Part shown: positions 27,745-40,924 of the stretch, piece after piece | Numbering within the stretch: position 1 is the stretch's first letter | Layout: each line of letters begins with the position of its first letter | NCBI RefSeq assembly: GCF_036321535.1 | Contig: NC_087437.1 | Coordinates: forward strand, 45,944,001 to 46,008,000 | Direction of reading: 5' to 3' | Length of the DNA stretch: 64,000 nt | Source of the DNA: Camelus dromedarius | Taxonomy: Eukaryota | The notes under the pieces: generated by a model | Database searches by the model: none | What the model was told of the DNA's origin: nothing | Seen by the model: only the letters and a program-made list of their open reading frames with translations | Position numbers and translations under genes: made by a program

Positions 27745-28060
27745 AAAAAAAAAAAACAAACAAAGCATAAATACAAAACAGAAATAGACTCACAGACATA
27801 GAATATAAACTTGTGGTTGCCAAGGGGGCAGGGGGTGGGAAGAGATAGACTGGGATTTCAAAATTGTAGAATAGATAAACAAGATTATACTGTATAGCAC
27901 AGGGAAATATATACAAGATCTTATGGTAGCTCACAGAGAAAAAAATGTGACAATGAATATATATATATGTTCATGTATAACTGTAAAATTGTGCTCTACA
28001 GTGGAATTTGATACAACATTGTAAAATGATTATAAATCAATAATAAATGTTAAAAAAAAA
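25862..28060 (+). mobile_element. Young 5'-truncated LINE-1 (ORF2 RT C-terminal half, 3' UTR, poly-A) with 13-bp TSD
   Basis: TSD AAAGAAACACATA at 25849-25861 and 28059-28071. G-rich 3' UTR, AATAAA and A-tail present. Confidence 0.97.
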
Positions 28061-28202
28061 AGAAACACATAGCCTATTTGGAGTTCTATTTAACCTATGA
28101 TGGACTCCAAGGTCAGAAGAGACAAGGAAGGGGTCACTTTCTGAAACATAGCATGTCAATTTAAGGGGTTTCGGGGCAGGGGGGAGTGTTTGAACATATG
28201 TC

Positions 28203-28890
28203 GGCAGTCCTCATTTTGTATAGTATAGTGTGGGACCATAAAAATGTGAGATGAAACTAAGCAAAGTAACCTGAATCAGGAGAAATTGTGCTGTGACCTT
28301 TTAATTAGTCAAATCAGTAAAATCTGTCCATTACAAATGTATAAAAAGATAAAACTATAGCAAAACTAACACTCATTTAGTATACTGTAAGAAATGAGAA
28401 CCATTACGAACTAAAATGCTTCATTTCTCTGTAAATAACTTATCTACTAGTTTGAACATCACTTGTCTCCTCTCATGGTATAACTTAGATACAGAGTGAG
28501 TATCTTTTGCATTCTATATACCTTGGGAAATAGTCATAATCCTTTCTAAATTGGGACTAGTGTCTAACATCTTATCCCCTGCACTTTCAATGTCAAAAGA
28601 ATTCCATTAGTGTGAAGTTTTTTGCCAATATCACTTCCCCTGGGACATCATCCTTTTCACCATGACTACTTTTCTCATTTGCCCATAAATATGCCTTTAT
28701 TAAATTCCACTGATTACAAATCTAGAGTCTCCTGAACAGCGGCAGTAACAAATTCTGTTCTTCTATAACTCTACATTTGATTCAAATTTCACTTTCAGAG
28801 TCACCACTTCTCACTTCTTTATTGCACTTTCATTTTTATTAAGGTGTGGTTTAATAAAAGTTATGTGATGTTCAGAAGATGGTAGGCTTA
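28203..28890. mobile_element. TcMar-Tigger non-autonomous fossil (Tigger13-like)
   Basis: ggcagtcctcattttg...gtgtgggaccataaaaatg...tttagtatactgtaa...tagtttgaaca resembles a recalled Tigger consensus. Confidence 0.55.
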
Positions 28891-28979
28891 TTGAGGAAAA
28901 CAAGTAAGAAATACTATGGGGGAAATTTAATGGCCATAATATTAATTCGATTATATAATTTTTATAAATCTTCATGCGG

Positions 28980-30170
28980 AAATCATCATATGCAAAATCA
29001 AAAGGCATGACTAACTGAAGAAAATAGTTACAACTCATAGCCCAGATAAAGAATTAACTTACTTTATATATATAAAGAGATCCATAAGAAAATGATGCCC
29101 TATTCATGAATACAGAAAGTAAACAGCTTACAGAAAATAAAAATTTTAAAGCCTAAAACATGAAAAGATGCTAATAAAAATTTAAAGCTTGAAACATGAA
29201 AGTGTCTCCTTACATTTAAGAATTCACTGAGAACTCTGATACAACCGGGATGAATCTCAGATATAAAGCTGAGCAAAAAACAGCCATAAATGAGGACACA
29301 TACTGTATGATTTATATCAAGTTTGAAAATAATGAATTGATAATATAAGTCAGGATACCGGTTATCTTTCTAGGTATGGATGGAGCAATGACCCACAGTG
29401 TGATGGTTACATGTGTGTGTCCAATTTGTGAAATTCATCAGCTATATTTTGTGCCCTTTTATTATTAAGTATTTTACAATAAAAAGCATATCATTAAAAA
29501 AAATACAAGATAGCACTTTTCATCTACCAGTTTGGTAAAGATAAAAAGTGCTGTAACACTTTGTAATGTTACAGTTAAACAATACTGGCAAGAGTGTCCA
29601 TTCCTACAACCTCCATGATGACAATCTGACAGTGAAACTTAAAAAATGCACATATTCTTTGATGCTAAAATCCCACTGTGGGGAATTTATCATTCAAAAT
29701 GTGTTTGTGTATCTGCAGAAAAACCTGTGTACAAAGTTATTCACTGCAGAATTAACAAAAGAAATGAAACAATCTACTGTCCATCAACAGGAGTCTGGTG
29801 ATACTGAAATACTATTTGGTCAAAAAAAAAAAAAGAAAAACAAACAGAATGAAGAAACTCTTCAAGTACTGATTAAGGCATAATCACCAGGATATACTGC
29901 TTTATATTTATTTATATGCACACATATATATAAAAACAAAACTGTGTATAATGTACAACATTAAAAAAACGTTGAGAGAAAGCATATTACATATCTGTTT
30001 GTATACATCATCATCTCTGGAAGGACACAGAAAATGATAACACTGGTTGCTCCAGGGAGGAGAACCAAGTAGTGAGCAGATGAGGAAACACTTTCTTTCC
30101 ATGAATATACTTCTGTACGTTTTAAACTTTGAGCCATGTGAGATGTTTAAATGTTCAAAACAATGAAGTT
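28980..30170 (+). mobile_element. Fragmented old L1 (L1ME-like) 3' pieces
   Basis: gatgaatctcag...catactgtatgattt; acaatactggcaagagtgt...tgtccatcaacagga; ataacactggttgctccaggga. Confidence 0.6.
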
Positions 30171-30684
30171 TAAAAATAATTACCTGAAAGGGAAGCAAAA
30201 ATAGGGACCCATAAAGAGATGATCAGAGCTTAGATTAAAGTAAGTGCTCACCACTCCTCGGAGAAGTATCTAGAAATGTTTTAAAAAGAAAAGGCCACAA
30301 TATTTGAGATTTCGATGTACTGTGAAATTAATTAAATTACTGCAGCTTATTTCAAAGTCAGTGATACAATAGTAATAGGAAGTTTCAGAGAACATAATAA
30401 AGAGAACTAATTAAGCAAATCAGGGACATCCATTTCAAGATACTTATTTGACTATCTGACATGAATACAAATAAAACAGATGAGAGAGTTCAAAATACTT
30501 ACGTACAAAAGGAAACAGAAAGAAAGAAATGGACAAGAAGGAGCCCCCAGGAGTTATGGTTCATATGAAATCAGCACAATGTAAAGGGCAGAACTTTGAC
30601 ATTTTTTTCATCTATATTCCCACCATATGCTGAAAGGTTGTGCTAGTGAGCAAGGTTCCTGCCATCTTCTACTTCTATTACATC

Positions 30685-30835
30685 GTACAATGAGGACTGG
30701 TTTTGGAGCCCCAATGACCTAAGTCCAAATCTACCCCTGCCAAGTAATTACTCTGAACAGTCTTTAGCAAAGTACTTGACTTTTGTGCCTCAGAATCCAC
30801 TTCTCTAAAACAGGGATGTTACTACACACCTTGTA
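30685..30835 (+). mobile_element. MIR SINE
   Basis: ttttggagcc...gtccaaatctaccc...ttagcaaagtacttgacttttgtgcctcag...ctaaaacaggga. Confidence 0.6.
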
Positions 30836-31654
30836 GCATCCTATTTCAACACAGCCTCCGCACTGCATCCTTTTTCAGCACTATCATTTTGGGTCCCATG
30901 TGTCCTCTTTAGTAATCAAGCCCTGCCTGTCACTATTAGCAGAACATGTTTTTTAAAAAAAATAACAGACTTTAATAACTGTGATGAAGTAAATAAAATA
31001 GAATGATCTGACAGTGAAACACCAAAGAGGCAACAGAATTAAAGAACACGGATAGCCAGGAGAGGGGGAAGGGACATGTGAGCTGAGGCACTGATAGGAG
31101 GAATCCTGAAGCAAGTGCTAACCAAAGGTGTGAGAATTCCAATAAAGTATATAGGCTCTGAGTGAGAACAAGTTTGACTCGAGTAAAAGTTCATTGTGGC
31201 TAGACTGTGGTAAGGCACAAATGGTAGAAACTTAAATCAGATCACAGAGCACCTCATAAACATGCATTTCAACTAGTCCAACAGCTTTATTACTGGCCTT
31301 GCTGCCTCTTCCTTAAACAGCCTTTCACCCTCACTCCAACCTTTACAATGCCTCCAGAGTAAATCTCCTAAAAGGTAAGTAAGATCATAGTTTGACAGCT
31401 TAAAATACATGAATCCAAAATCCTGGGGATGACATTATCTTTCCTTACTCTCTCCTCTCATATCACATGCTTTGAAGATATGTATGTCCTAAGCCCCAAT
31501 CACATACCTCTCCAAAGTTCTGTTCATTTTTTAAACCACATGTGTGCCCAGTAAACATATCCTATCCAGAACAATGACTAAAAACCAGACATATCTTCTC
31601 TCTGGAGTTCAAGTAAAATATACATATTACCCCTCCACAAACACAGTAACACTA

Positions 31655-32045
31655 TACTGGATACTTGCTGGTTTTGGCTGTCAGCACCCAGTCTCCTTCT
31701 GCAACAGCACTCTGATTTTGCTTTTAAAAAATTATACAGCTTCTCCTGCACTGAGCCTTGGTTAGATTTTCAATCAGAGTGTCTTCTCCTCCCCTGGCCA
31801 AAGGATGGAAACATAAGTCTGCTAGGCAAATCAGATTCTCTCCTAGATATCTGAATGTGAAGCGAGAAAAATTCTATCGGAAAATAATTGCAACTATTGA
31901 CCACTGCCAAGCCAGCTCATTGATTCCTATGACCTGTATCTTTTACTCTTCAGTTTTTCTTTGCTTCAATGAACTATCATATATCTTTTCCCTTTTTTGC
32001 CTCAATTATCTCGATTTTATTTGTTGCTTACAACCAAAAAACCAG
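31655..32045. mobile_element. Old ERVL-class LTR fragment
   Basis: gctggttttggctgtcagcaccc...caacagcactctgatt...ttgttgcttacaaccaaaaa, typical of LTR33/LTR16-class termini. Confidence 0.45.
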
Positions 32046-32867
32046 GAGTCAAGAAACCAAGAGTGTGACAGAGGTCAGCAGAAGTCACACTGTAGCAGAA
32101 ATCATAAAGCACAGCAGAGAAGCTGATTAAGAGGGAGACAGAACTGAGTTATAATGACAGGATACTGAGCATGGAGCCTGGTACCACTGCTACTGAAGGC
32201 AGGCATGAGGGTTCAGTCCCTAAGATTGTTCCATTCTAGAAGATGTGCCAATTATCCATGAAGTCAGAAAATGAAAATAATCCGTTACGGTCAAAACTGT
32301 ACTGCGATTCTCTTAAACACGTAGCTTTGCAGCTTTAAAATGATTCCTGTTCTTCCTTACCTCCCTCATGTACCCTTGAAGTAAAAAACCCCATTTAGCT
32401 GGAGCTAATTTGAGAGACCCTGTTCCCTGGGGGAAAAGGGAAGGGGGGGGGGGAAGCATGCACACCTGTAAGTTCCCAATGCTGACTTGCTCCTTTAGGT
32501 TACTCTCTCTCTTATATACTCCAGTATAAATTCTTTCTCGCCCTGAAGGACAGTTATGTCTCTTAATATAATGTTACCTAACTCCCTAAAAATGTCAATG
32601 TTTGCGTCCCAGTGCCCACTTAATATGACAGGTGGCATACAATAAGATAATTTTTAAAAATCTCCCAATTATTAAATATCCACATCGTTCCTAGCACTGC
32701 TGGGTACTCTGCCTTTATTTCTAATCCTTACAATTAAAATAAGATATTATTATTACTATTTACAGTTGCAAATGAATTACTCAAGACCATTAAGCTAGAA
32801 ACACCTAGGTCTACCTGAATCCAAATCCCTCCATCTTTCCACCATTCCAACAGACCACGATCTAAAT

Positions 32868-33090
32868 CAGGGGTTTTCAAACTGCAGGTCACAACCAATC
32901 AGTAGATCATGAAATAAAGCTGGTGGGTCGTACTCTTTTTGTTAATGAAATAGACAATATAAGTACATCACATGAGGGGCAAACACTGCTTCATGAAACT
33001 CTAATTTCAGTGTTACACACACATACAAGGCCGCAATGTAAATGTATGTCTTACTGTGGACCACAGACCAAAAAATTCTGAAAGCCATGG
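32868..33090. mobile_element. hAT-Charlie non-autonomous element
   Basis: Starts caggggttttcaaactgcaggtcacaacc...gtgggtcg and ends ...ttctgaaagccatg (degenerate TIRs). Confidence 0.6.
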
Positions 33091-34699
33091 GTAGAGGCAC
33101 TGTCTTTACTACAGCTGTATGCACTGACACTTCTCAATTTTTCATCAAAAGCCTGATGTTTAAAAACATTTGGGCAGTAAAATCCTTTACCTCATACCCT
33201 AAAGACACAATCAAAAAATAAAAATAAGGGGGTGGGGGGTTTGCAAGGTGTTAAGTGAAAAGGTAGTATTTGGGACATAAGTACATATTTTTTCCCTCTC
33301 CAGCAAAGTATATAGTAAAACTACACCGCACATCCACGTAAGATGGCAAAGAACAAAAATGATCTAGCTAATCTTTCATTCTCTTCCCCCAGGCTCTTAC
33401 TAAATCATTTTCAAAAATTCTTCCCTGCTTTGCTATGCTTCACTAGAGGTAACAACTCAATTTTCATGAGTGATTGGATAAATATTCTCCAATATATATT
33501 GTCTCCTTTAAAAAGATGACTTCACTCACATGTGTAAGCATACATACACACACAAAAAAAAAAAAAAGCATTCAGAAGGTGACGACCAGCAACGTCACTA
33601 TGGTTATGGATGTTTTCCTCTATAGGAGGCCATGTGCCCGGAGAACAGCAATGAGCATTATGACACGGACTGAAAATTAAAGTGTTCTTTGTTACTGGGG
33701 GAAAAAGACAATTCAGTAATTCTTCTAAGGCACAAAAGCAGTCATTCATGTTAAGATAGACATGTGTTTAAGAACTTTTCTACCTTTTAAATATCAGTCA
33801 CAAATTAGTCAATTACAGCACAAGGTAGTGGGCTGAATAAATGGATCTCTCCTCCTTTCCAAAGTCCACTGAAATGGCAGGGAAAAGATTTAAATTAAAA
33901 TTAAATGATAGCACTGTTGCAGAAAAAGAAAAGATGTCACTGGATGATAAATTTTGAAGAAGTCTGGGCAAACGGAAAGCAGAAAAGGGGGAAAAAGGAT
34001 GAAATCACATGTGAGACATCGAAGTCTTTTCAAGGACACCCTAGAGAAGTTCCAAGTTGTAATCAAATTAGTCACAACTACCAGGAGGAGAAAACAATTA
34101 GGGGGCTTCATCAGGTACTGTATTATCTTACTCTGGACAGATGACTCTCCTCTCACTGTGTGAAGAGACGCAGATGGTGGCAGCTTTTCCCTTCAGGATA
34201 AAGTTGGGGGGCTGATCTCTATAAACCAGGGATTTCTGCCTGAGTTAGACCTGAGAGAAAAGCAAAGCAGAAAGATGGAGGGAACATCAAAATCTCTAAC
34301 ACAAAGAGAGAAATTTAAAAAAGGAGAGAAAAAGCAAGGAAAGGAAGAGGTGGGGAAGAGAGTAATCGCTTAATACCAACCCAGTGAAATCTACCAAAGC
34401 ACTGTTCCCCGTCATACTTAAAGACAGCACAGTTCCCCAGGTGAGAAGGACACCGCTTTACCCACTCCTCATCCATCCTCCCTAGAAGGAGGTCTGGTCT
34501 GCTGGGCCACACCCAATCCCAATCCAAAGAATCCATCATACCAAACCCACCATTCCAGACAAGAGTCCTAGTAGAGAAAAACTACATACTGCAGCAGACA
34601 CATTCCAACTGCCAATACTAACTCTGAGCCACCAAACATTTGGGGAAACCTCATGGCATAGAAGAGCAAGATGGATGAACAGACAGAACCATTATCAGA

Positions 34700-35480
34700 G
34701 AAAACGGAAATTGGGGGGAAAATGAGTGTGACTAAACACCAAATTACTTATCTGTAATACAAGGTTGAAATGATTTTCCCTTAAAGGGAAGGGAAGTTTA
34801 CCTTCCTTTCAAGGTAAAGGAAAAAACAAAACTAAACTAAAAACCACACAAACACAAAGATGGAAACTGTAAGAAAAAAAAAACTGTGAATTAAGATCTA
34901 GGGGCCCAACACCCACTAATGTAAGATATCCAAAAGTGGAGAACAGAGATGGAGAAAAATTAACCCAAAAAAGGGGACATGTTAAACTTTTCAAGAACTG
35001 AAGAAAGATTCAGTTGTTAAAATGAAAAGACATACAACGTAACAAAAACAAACAAAAGATTCATATTCAGGATCATGCTAGAAAAACTGCAAGAGTGCCA
35101 AGGAAGCTTCCAGAGAGAAGCCAGAGTCACTCTTTCATCTCATCAAAAATACAGGATGCTGGAAGACAAGAGAGCAGTCTCCTACAAATTCTAAAAGAAA
35201 AATATTTTGAAGCCAGATTCCTACAACGCAGACCTTTACCAGTAATGTGTGCTACAAATAAATGGGTTACCAGGTAACTTGCATAGCCAAAGTCCTCTGC
35301 TGCAAGCAATTTCACTCACCACACAAATATTATCATTTTCTATACACATATTGTAACATGAAAAAGGTTAGAAAGCACTGCTCTCACAAGTCAGATTTGC
35401 CATAGAGTCAAAATAAAGACATTTTCAGACATTCAAGAACTTAAGTTATACTACCAAAAAAAAAAAATGAAAAGGTATAG
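34700..35480 (+). mobile_element. Very old L1 ORF1-region remnant
   Basis: gatctagggg...ccaaaagtggagaacagagatggagaaaaatt...ggatgctggaagacaag...ctacaaattctaaaagaaaaatattttgaagccagattcc. Confidence 0.5.
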
Positions 35481-35532
35481 CAGCAAAACAAAAAGGAACC
35501 CAATAAAACACAACGTAAGATAGAAGAAACAG

Positions 35533-35632
35533 GGGAGTGGGTACAGCTCAGTGGTAAAGTGCTTGCTTAGCTTTACCTGGGTTCAATCCCCAGTGCCTCC
35601 ACTACAAAAAAAAAAAAAAAAAGGGAAAAAAG
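35533..35632 (+). mobile_element. Short tRNA-derived camelid-type SINE with 16-bp TSD
   Basis: TSD AAGATAGAAGAAACAG at 35517-35532 and 35633-35648. A box tacagctcagtgg, B box gggttcaatccc, poly-A. Confidence 0.9.
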
Positions 35633-36209
35633 AAGATAGAAGAAACAGTGGCACCTGAGTATAATCTAGAAACAATGAATAAGAAAACAAAAGAGACACT
35701 TACCACTGACAGTGGGAGATTCTCGTTTAATAGCAAAGGCTTAATAAGAAATTAATATATTTAATCCTCATAATATTACACACTAAGTAAGTCAAACAAT
35801 TAGTAATTCTTTTCGAGTTCTAAAATTATCTTAGAGGGAAAAAGCAGGCACAGATCTAAGTACTGCAAATTCTAATCCTCTTATCTTTACTCTGTAAAAA
35901 TACCAGGTTATCAAGTCAATAGAACAGTACACATATGATCCCAATTACTACTAAACTATATATAGTCATATTAAGTATTTTTCACATTGTTTTATCTATC
36001 TATCTATCTATCTTTCATCCTTTAATTGTGCACAAAAACACATTTGAAAAGAATACACACCATACTTTTCATTTGTCTCTAGTGAATGGGATGAGGTCAG
36101 ACTGAGAACTTTTTACCTGTCACTTTTTTATATACATCTGTTATGTTCAGTCGGTTCACTCATTTTCATCTGTATGCATGACATATAAAAGGTAAACTTG
36201 TTTTTAAAA

Positions 36210-36655
36210 AGCAGGGTCTGAAAAGATATATGCATATCCATGTTCATAGCAGCATTATTCATAATAGTCAAAAGATGGAAGCAACCCAAATGTCTACTGA
36301 TGAATGAACAGATACACAACATGTAGTCTATATACATACAACAGAATATTATTCAGCCTTAAAAAGGAAGGAAATTCTGATACAGGCTATAACAGGGGTG
36401 AACGTTGAGGACATTAAGCTAAGTGAAAGAAGCCAGTCACAAAGACAACTACCATATAACGCCACTGATAGAGGTATCTAGTGTAATCAAATTCATAGAA
36501 ACAGAAAGAAGGGTGGTTGCCAGGGGCTGGAGGGAAGGGGAAATAGGGAGTTGCTGCTTAATGGGTATAAAGATGAAGAGTCCTGGAGATTGACTGCATG
36601 GAAATGTACTTAACATAACTGAACTATTAAGTATATTTTACCAGAATTAAAAGAT
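36210..36655 (+). mobile_element. L1MB-like 3' end
   Basis: catgttcatagcagcattattcataatag...aaaaggaaggaaattctg...gtggttgccaggggctgg. Confidence 0.85.
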
Positions 36656-36740
36656 ACATAAGGTTGAAAAGTGAAAAAAATTCAACATTAAAATATAAAT
36701 AAATAAAATTTAAAATTATAAATTGTGACATCTGGGGAGA

Positions 36741-37367
36741 TAGTCAATCCTCATTATTCATGGATTTCATGTTTGTGAAATCTGCCTGCTTTGCCAAAAT
36801 TCATATGCAACCCCAAAATTAATACTTGTGGCACTTCCACAATCTTCAGACATGTACAAGAGCAAAAACTTTGAGTTGCCTACAGTGCACATGCTCAGCA
36901 CTGTCTTACTGTTTCACCTCTCATTCTGTAAACAAATGTCCTCTTAAAAAAAAAATGAAGTCCATTTAATGCCACATTTTTGTATTTTTATGCTTTTTGT
37001 TGGTTACCGTGCTACTTAAAATGGTCCCAAACACAGTGTGGAAAAGCTGTCTAGTGTTCCTAAGTATAAGAAGGCTTTGATGTGCCTTATGGAGAAAACG
37101 TGGGGTAGATGGGCTTCATTCACGCAGGAGTTTTAATGTTGTTGGCCATGAGCGCAATGTCAGTGAATCAACAATATATATTAAATGACTTTAAACAGAA
37201 ATACATAGAACAAGGTTATTATTGATTCATTGACAAAAAAGTCACGATCAGAGGCTCACAGGAACCTAACTCCGTACTTCCCCTAGGAGCAATGGTTCAA
37301 TATTTGCTAATTCAATGTTCACAGCAACTTTATAAATTTAACAAAGAAGAATAATGCGAACTGACTA
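36741..37367. mobile_element. MER82-like TcMar-Tigger element
   Basis: Termini agtcaatcctcattatt... and ...aataatgcgaactgact are degenerate inverted repeats. Internal aaaccccaaaattaatacttg-like and cagaggctcacaggaacctaac motifs. Confidence 0.75.
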
Positions 37368-38059
37368 TATTAACCTACAAGTTTAAAAAAAAAAAAGGAG
37401 GAATATTATAGGCAAAAAATATTGTTAATGTCAATCATGCCAATTAAACTTAATGTGATATTTTAAATATTTTAATGGCTAGAGAAGTTTTTTATAGTAT
37501 ATGAAGTATGGGGGATAATTTATTTCTAAATTTAAAAATAAGTATCAGCTAACCCTTACTGAATACTTACGTAGCAGGCACTTAACTAAGCACTTTACTT
37601 CTCACATATAAAAGGTGCTTGGCTCAGTATCTTACACAGAATAAAAAATTCAGTGAAATACTGGCTAATACTACTTACAGCATTAAATTCCTACAGTCAC
37701 TCTGTGAGGTAAGTATGTGAGCAAACCTTCAAGGTAATAGGAATCTGAGAATGTTACCTGATGGGGTTTGAATGCTGTGTAGACACAGCTGTGTAAGATG
37801 GCCTCTGACAGCTCATTCAGGCTATGACAAAACTGAGCTGTCCACCTTGATCATCTCTAATGAACAAGGCTTTGGGGACCAAGCAGAAGCAGCAGTAGAA
37901 AGCTATGAGGAGCAAAGGCGGACTTATAGGACAGTGCAGCAGGCTACTGCTTCTAACAGTGTTAGAGAGTTCAAATGAGAAAGTGACATCTTCAAAGCAC
38001 CGACAAAGAACAAGGCAGTACTAAGTATGACATAAAAGAATTCTTCTCCAATCTCTGGA

Positions 38060-38382
38060 CCAGCGATCAGCAAACTTTTTTCAATAAAGGGCCAAATAGT
38101 AATTTTTTTTAAGGCCACAGAAGATCTGTCATAACTACCCAGCTCTGCTGCGGTGAAGTGAGAGTAGTCAGAAACTACACATAAATTTATGTGGCTGTGT
38201 TCCAATAAATTCCTATATATGAAAATTTGAATTTCATGTAATTTCACTTGTCATGAGATTTTGTCATTATTTTGATATTTTTCCCAATTACTTTAAAATG
38301 TGAAAAACATTTTAGCTGTGGGTCACACAAAAACAAGTGCAGGCCACATCTGGCCCGCAGGCTGTAGTTTGCCAACCTCGGC
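38060..38382. mobile_element. MER58B-like hAT-Charlie element
   Basis: cagcgatcagcaaact...aagggccaaatagt...ggcccgcaggctgtagtttgccaacctc, followed by ctctagat (Charlie-type target). Confidence 0.75.
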
Positions 38383-38575
38383 TCTAGATCTTTCAAGATC
38401 AAAATGCACAGTCTAATTTCGATGACTGTTATACTATAACATCAAGTGGAACCAAGAAGCAACGTTAAATAAACAGGAACACAGTGGTCATCAAACTGAT
38501 TCCTCTGCGAGAATCTTGCAAAGTCCCTAAAATCCTATTAGAAAGAAGTCCCACTATAATCCTATATGGTTTGTA

Positions 38576-38778
38576 CCAGAGGTACAGAAAGTACAACCTG
38601 TAGTCCAAATTTGACCTGCGATGCTTTTGTAAACACAGACATACCCATTTATTTGGGTCTATGGCTGCTTTAGCACTGCAGGAGCTATGCTGGGTAGTTT
38701 TTCAGGGGCTGTGTAGCACACAAAGCATAAAATATGTCACATGTGGCCCCTACAGAAGACGTCTGCTGATGCCTGGTC
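38576..38778. mobile_element. MER58-like fragment
   Basis: ccaaatttgacctg...catacccatttattt...ctatggctgcttt...tggcccctacagaagacgtctgctgatgcctg. Confidence 0.55.
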
Positions 38779-38999
38779 TACATAAAGAACTTGAAGCAGA
38801 GCATAAAGAGAGGCCATCAAAACAGAAAATCACAGCCTCTGGACGATCCTGGACCTCCAGCCTCTAGAACGAAGGTAAGGCAAAGCGCCCTCCAAAACGG
38901 TCCCATGATCTTCCTCTCGGCTTTCCACAAAAGATCAACAGCCACTTATCAGAGGAACCACGCACTTGGGAAAGAGAAATGTCCCAACCTTTTCAGGAA

Positions 39000-40922
39000 T
39001 CCAAAATCTAACTCTTGAACTAATCCCTGAGAATCCAGACAGCACCACTGTGATATATGTGCCAGAATGAGGGATTACAGTAGTCAAATAATATATGAAG
39101 TTTCAGCCCAAGTTCATTTATCAGAGAGTGGATCAACCCTCCCATTTTACGGCTGTTTCTCCAGGTGAATGCACAGCTGAAAAGGGCAGTCTCGGCGGAC
39201 TACCAGCTGACAACACCCCACATGGATGGTAGGACAGGTGGAGCAGTGGGTGGTACTGGATCAGGGAAGGAGCTCTCCCTCTAACCAAAAATTACATTCC
39301 CGGGGGAAATTACCCAAGAATCAAAAGCAGCAAGGGCTGGAATTCCTAGCAGATACTCATTTAATACAACTGTTTGGCTGATGCAGAACATACAAATGTA
39401 CTTAGAGAAGAACAGTACTTTAAATGTACTACTACAAGCACAGTTGGTAATCCAAATTTGATCTCTTTAGTGCAGTACCTGGAGTAACAGCTAGAGTTCT
39501 GGCAAACGGTTCCTTCCTCTGCACAAGCTGCTTTCATTTGGCCTGGACAGCCGTATATATCGCTAAACTGCCTCATATTCCTTATGACCTTAGTTATCTG
39601 ATCACACCACTGAACATCATGCTGGCTGATTACACTGATAAACTCAAGCCAACAGGACCCTGTGAGGAAACAAGAGCAGTACTCTAGAGGCCTTAAAAAG
39701 AGAGAGATGCCAGAAGACAGAAAGTAAGTCCCAAGAAATACAGGGTCCTGCCACCACTGTGAAGTTCCAGGAGCCAGTGGAGCGTGGCAACTCAGGATAG
39801 CACCTTCAAAGTGAAAAGCAAGTCATTACCTTGTACCTCCTACAGCAAAGAAAGAAGCATAAAGCTTGCTGGACCTCTGTGAATATTGAAAACAGTGTAT
39901 ACCAATTTGTGTGCTGCTCTATTTACTGAATGGTCTGAAATCCAGTAGTTTTAAGTTTAGCCCAGAACAAGAGAAACTTCTCTAGCCAATCCAGACTGCA
40001 GTACAAGTAGCTCTGCCACTGGACCATAATGACCCTCTGTTGCAATGGTGCTCAAAAGGTCAACAGATCAATACCATAAGGAACTACTGGCAAACCCCTC
40101 CAGGTGAATCACAGCCCAGACATCTAAGTTTTTAAGGCAAAACCATACCCTCTTTATCAAACTAAGACTCTTTTTTAAAAATAATTCTTGTACCTTTTTT
40201 GTGCTGTTAGAGAATGAACATCTAGCCACAGGTAATTATAAAACCTGAGCTGCCCATCAGGAATGATCCTCTTCCGATCCACCAAGTCAAAGGTGATGTG
40301 ACAGAAACACTCCATCAGGAAGTGGTTACAATACACTCAGAGCAGGATTCAGGCGGGCTGTGAACCATGAGCATGGTTCACGTTTTCAGTGCGCCCACCC
40401 CTGATGCACCTCAGCTTCTTCCTCACACAAGGCCTCTCACTACACAGGGGACTCTACATGACTAGCTAGCTGGCTGCCCCACCTGGAGCAGCTCTTAAGG
40501 AAAGTCAGAAAGAGAAATCCTCCCACTGGGCAATACATCTCTCGAACCATGTCATTAATAAAGGGAAACAGAGTGAGGTTTGTATCAGTTCTTTTAAGGG
40601 GACCAATCATGAGGCTAGACTGCCAGGTCTGGTCCTCAAAAGAAACAGTACGGAGAACAATTTAAGGAAGAGATATGTAAATGGTGCTGTCAGAACTGAC
40701 AAAGTGTGAATGTGAAGGGTCACCAAAAAGTCCCAGCTGTAGCGGAGACTTCCATAATCATGAGGCAGGATAATCCATTCCCTGGAAGTCAGGCAATATC
40801 TTTCATCAGCTACTTCAATGCCTAATCAATGACCTCACAAGAAACAGCCAGTCAAAAAACAGACAGTCAAGAAATTGTACCAACTTGCACTTTGCAACAA
40901 GGTTGACTCAGCTACCCTGCCA
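39000..40922 (+). mobile_element. Degraded ERV-L pol (RT, RNase H, start of integrase)
   Basis: Piecewise translation gives PKKxQGPATTVKF, FKVKSK..VPPTAKKEA and NIMLADYTD, which resemble ERV-L NPTKIQGPATSVKF, SKVKDK..APPTTKKEAQ and NITLVHYIDD. Many stops and frameshifts. Confidence 0.75.
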
Positions 40923-40924
40923 AT

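Noticed and set aside
32428..32454. G-run cluster with G-quadruplex potential
   Set aside because: Homopolymer-dominated, at the edge of an old repeat, with no supporting context.
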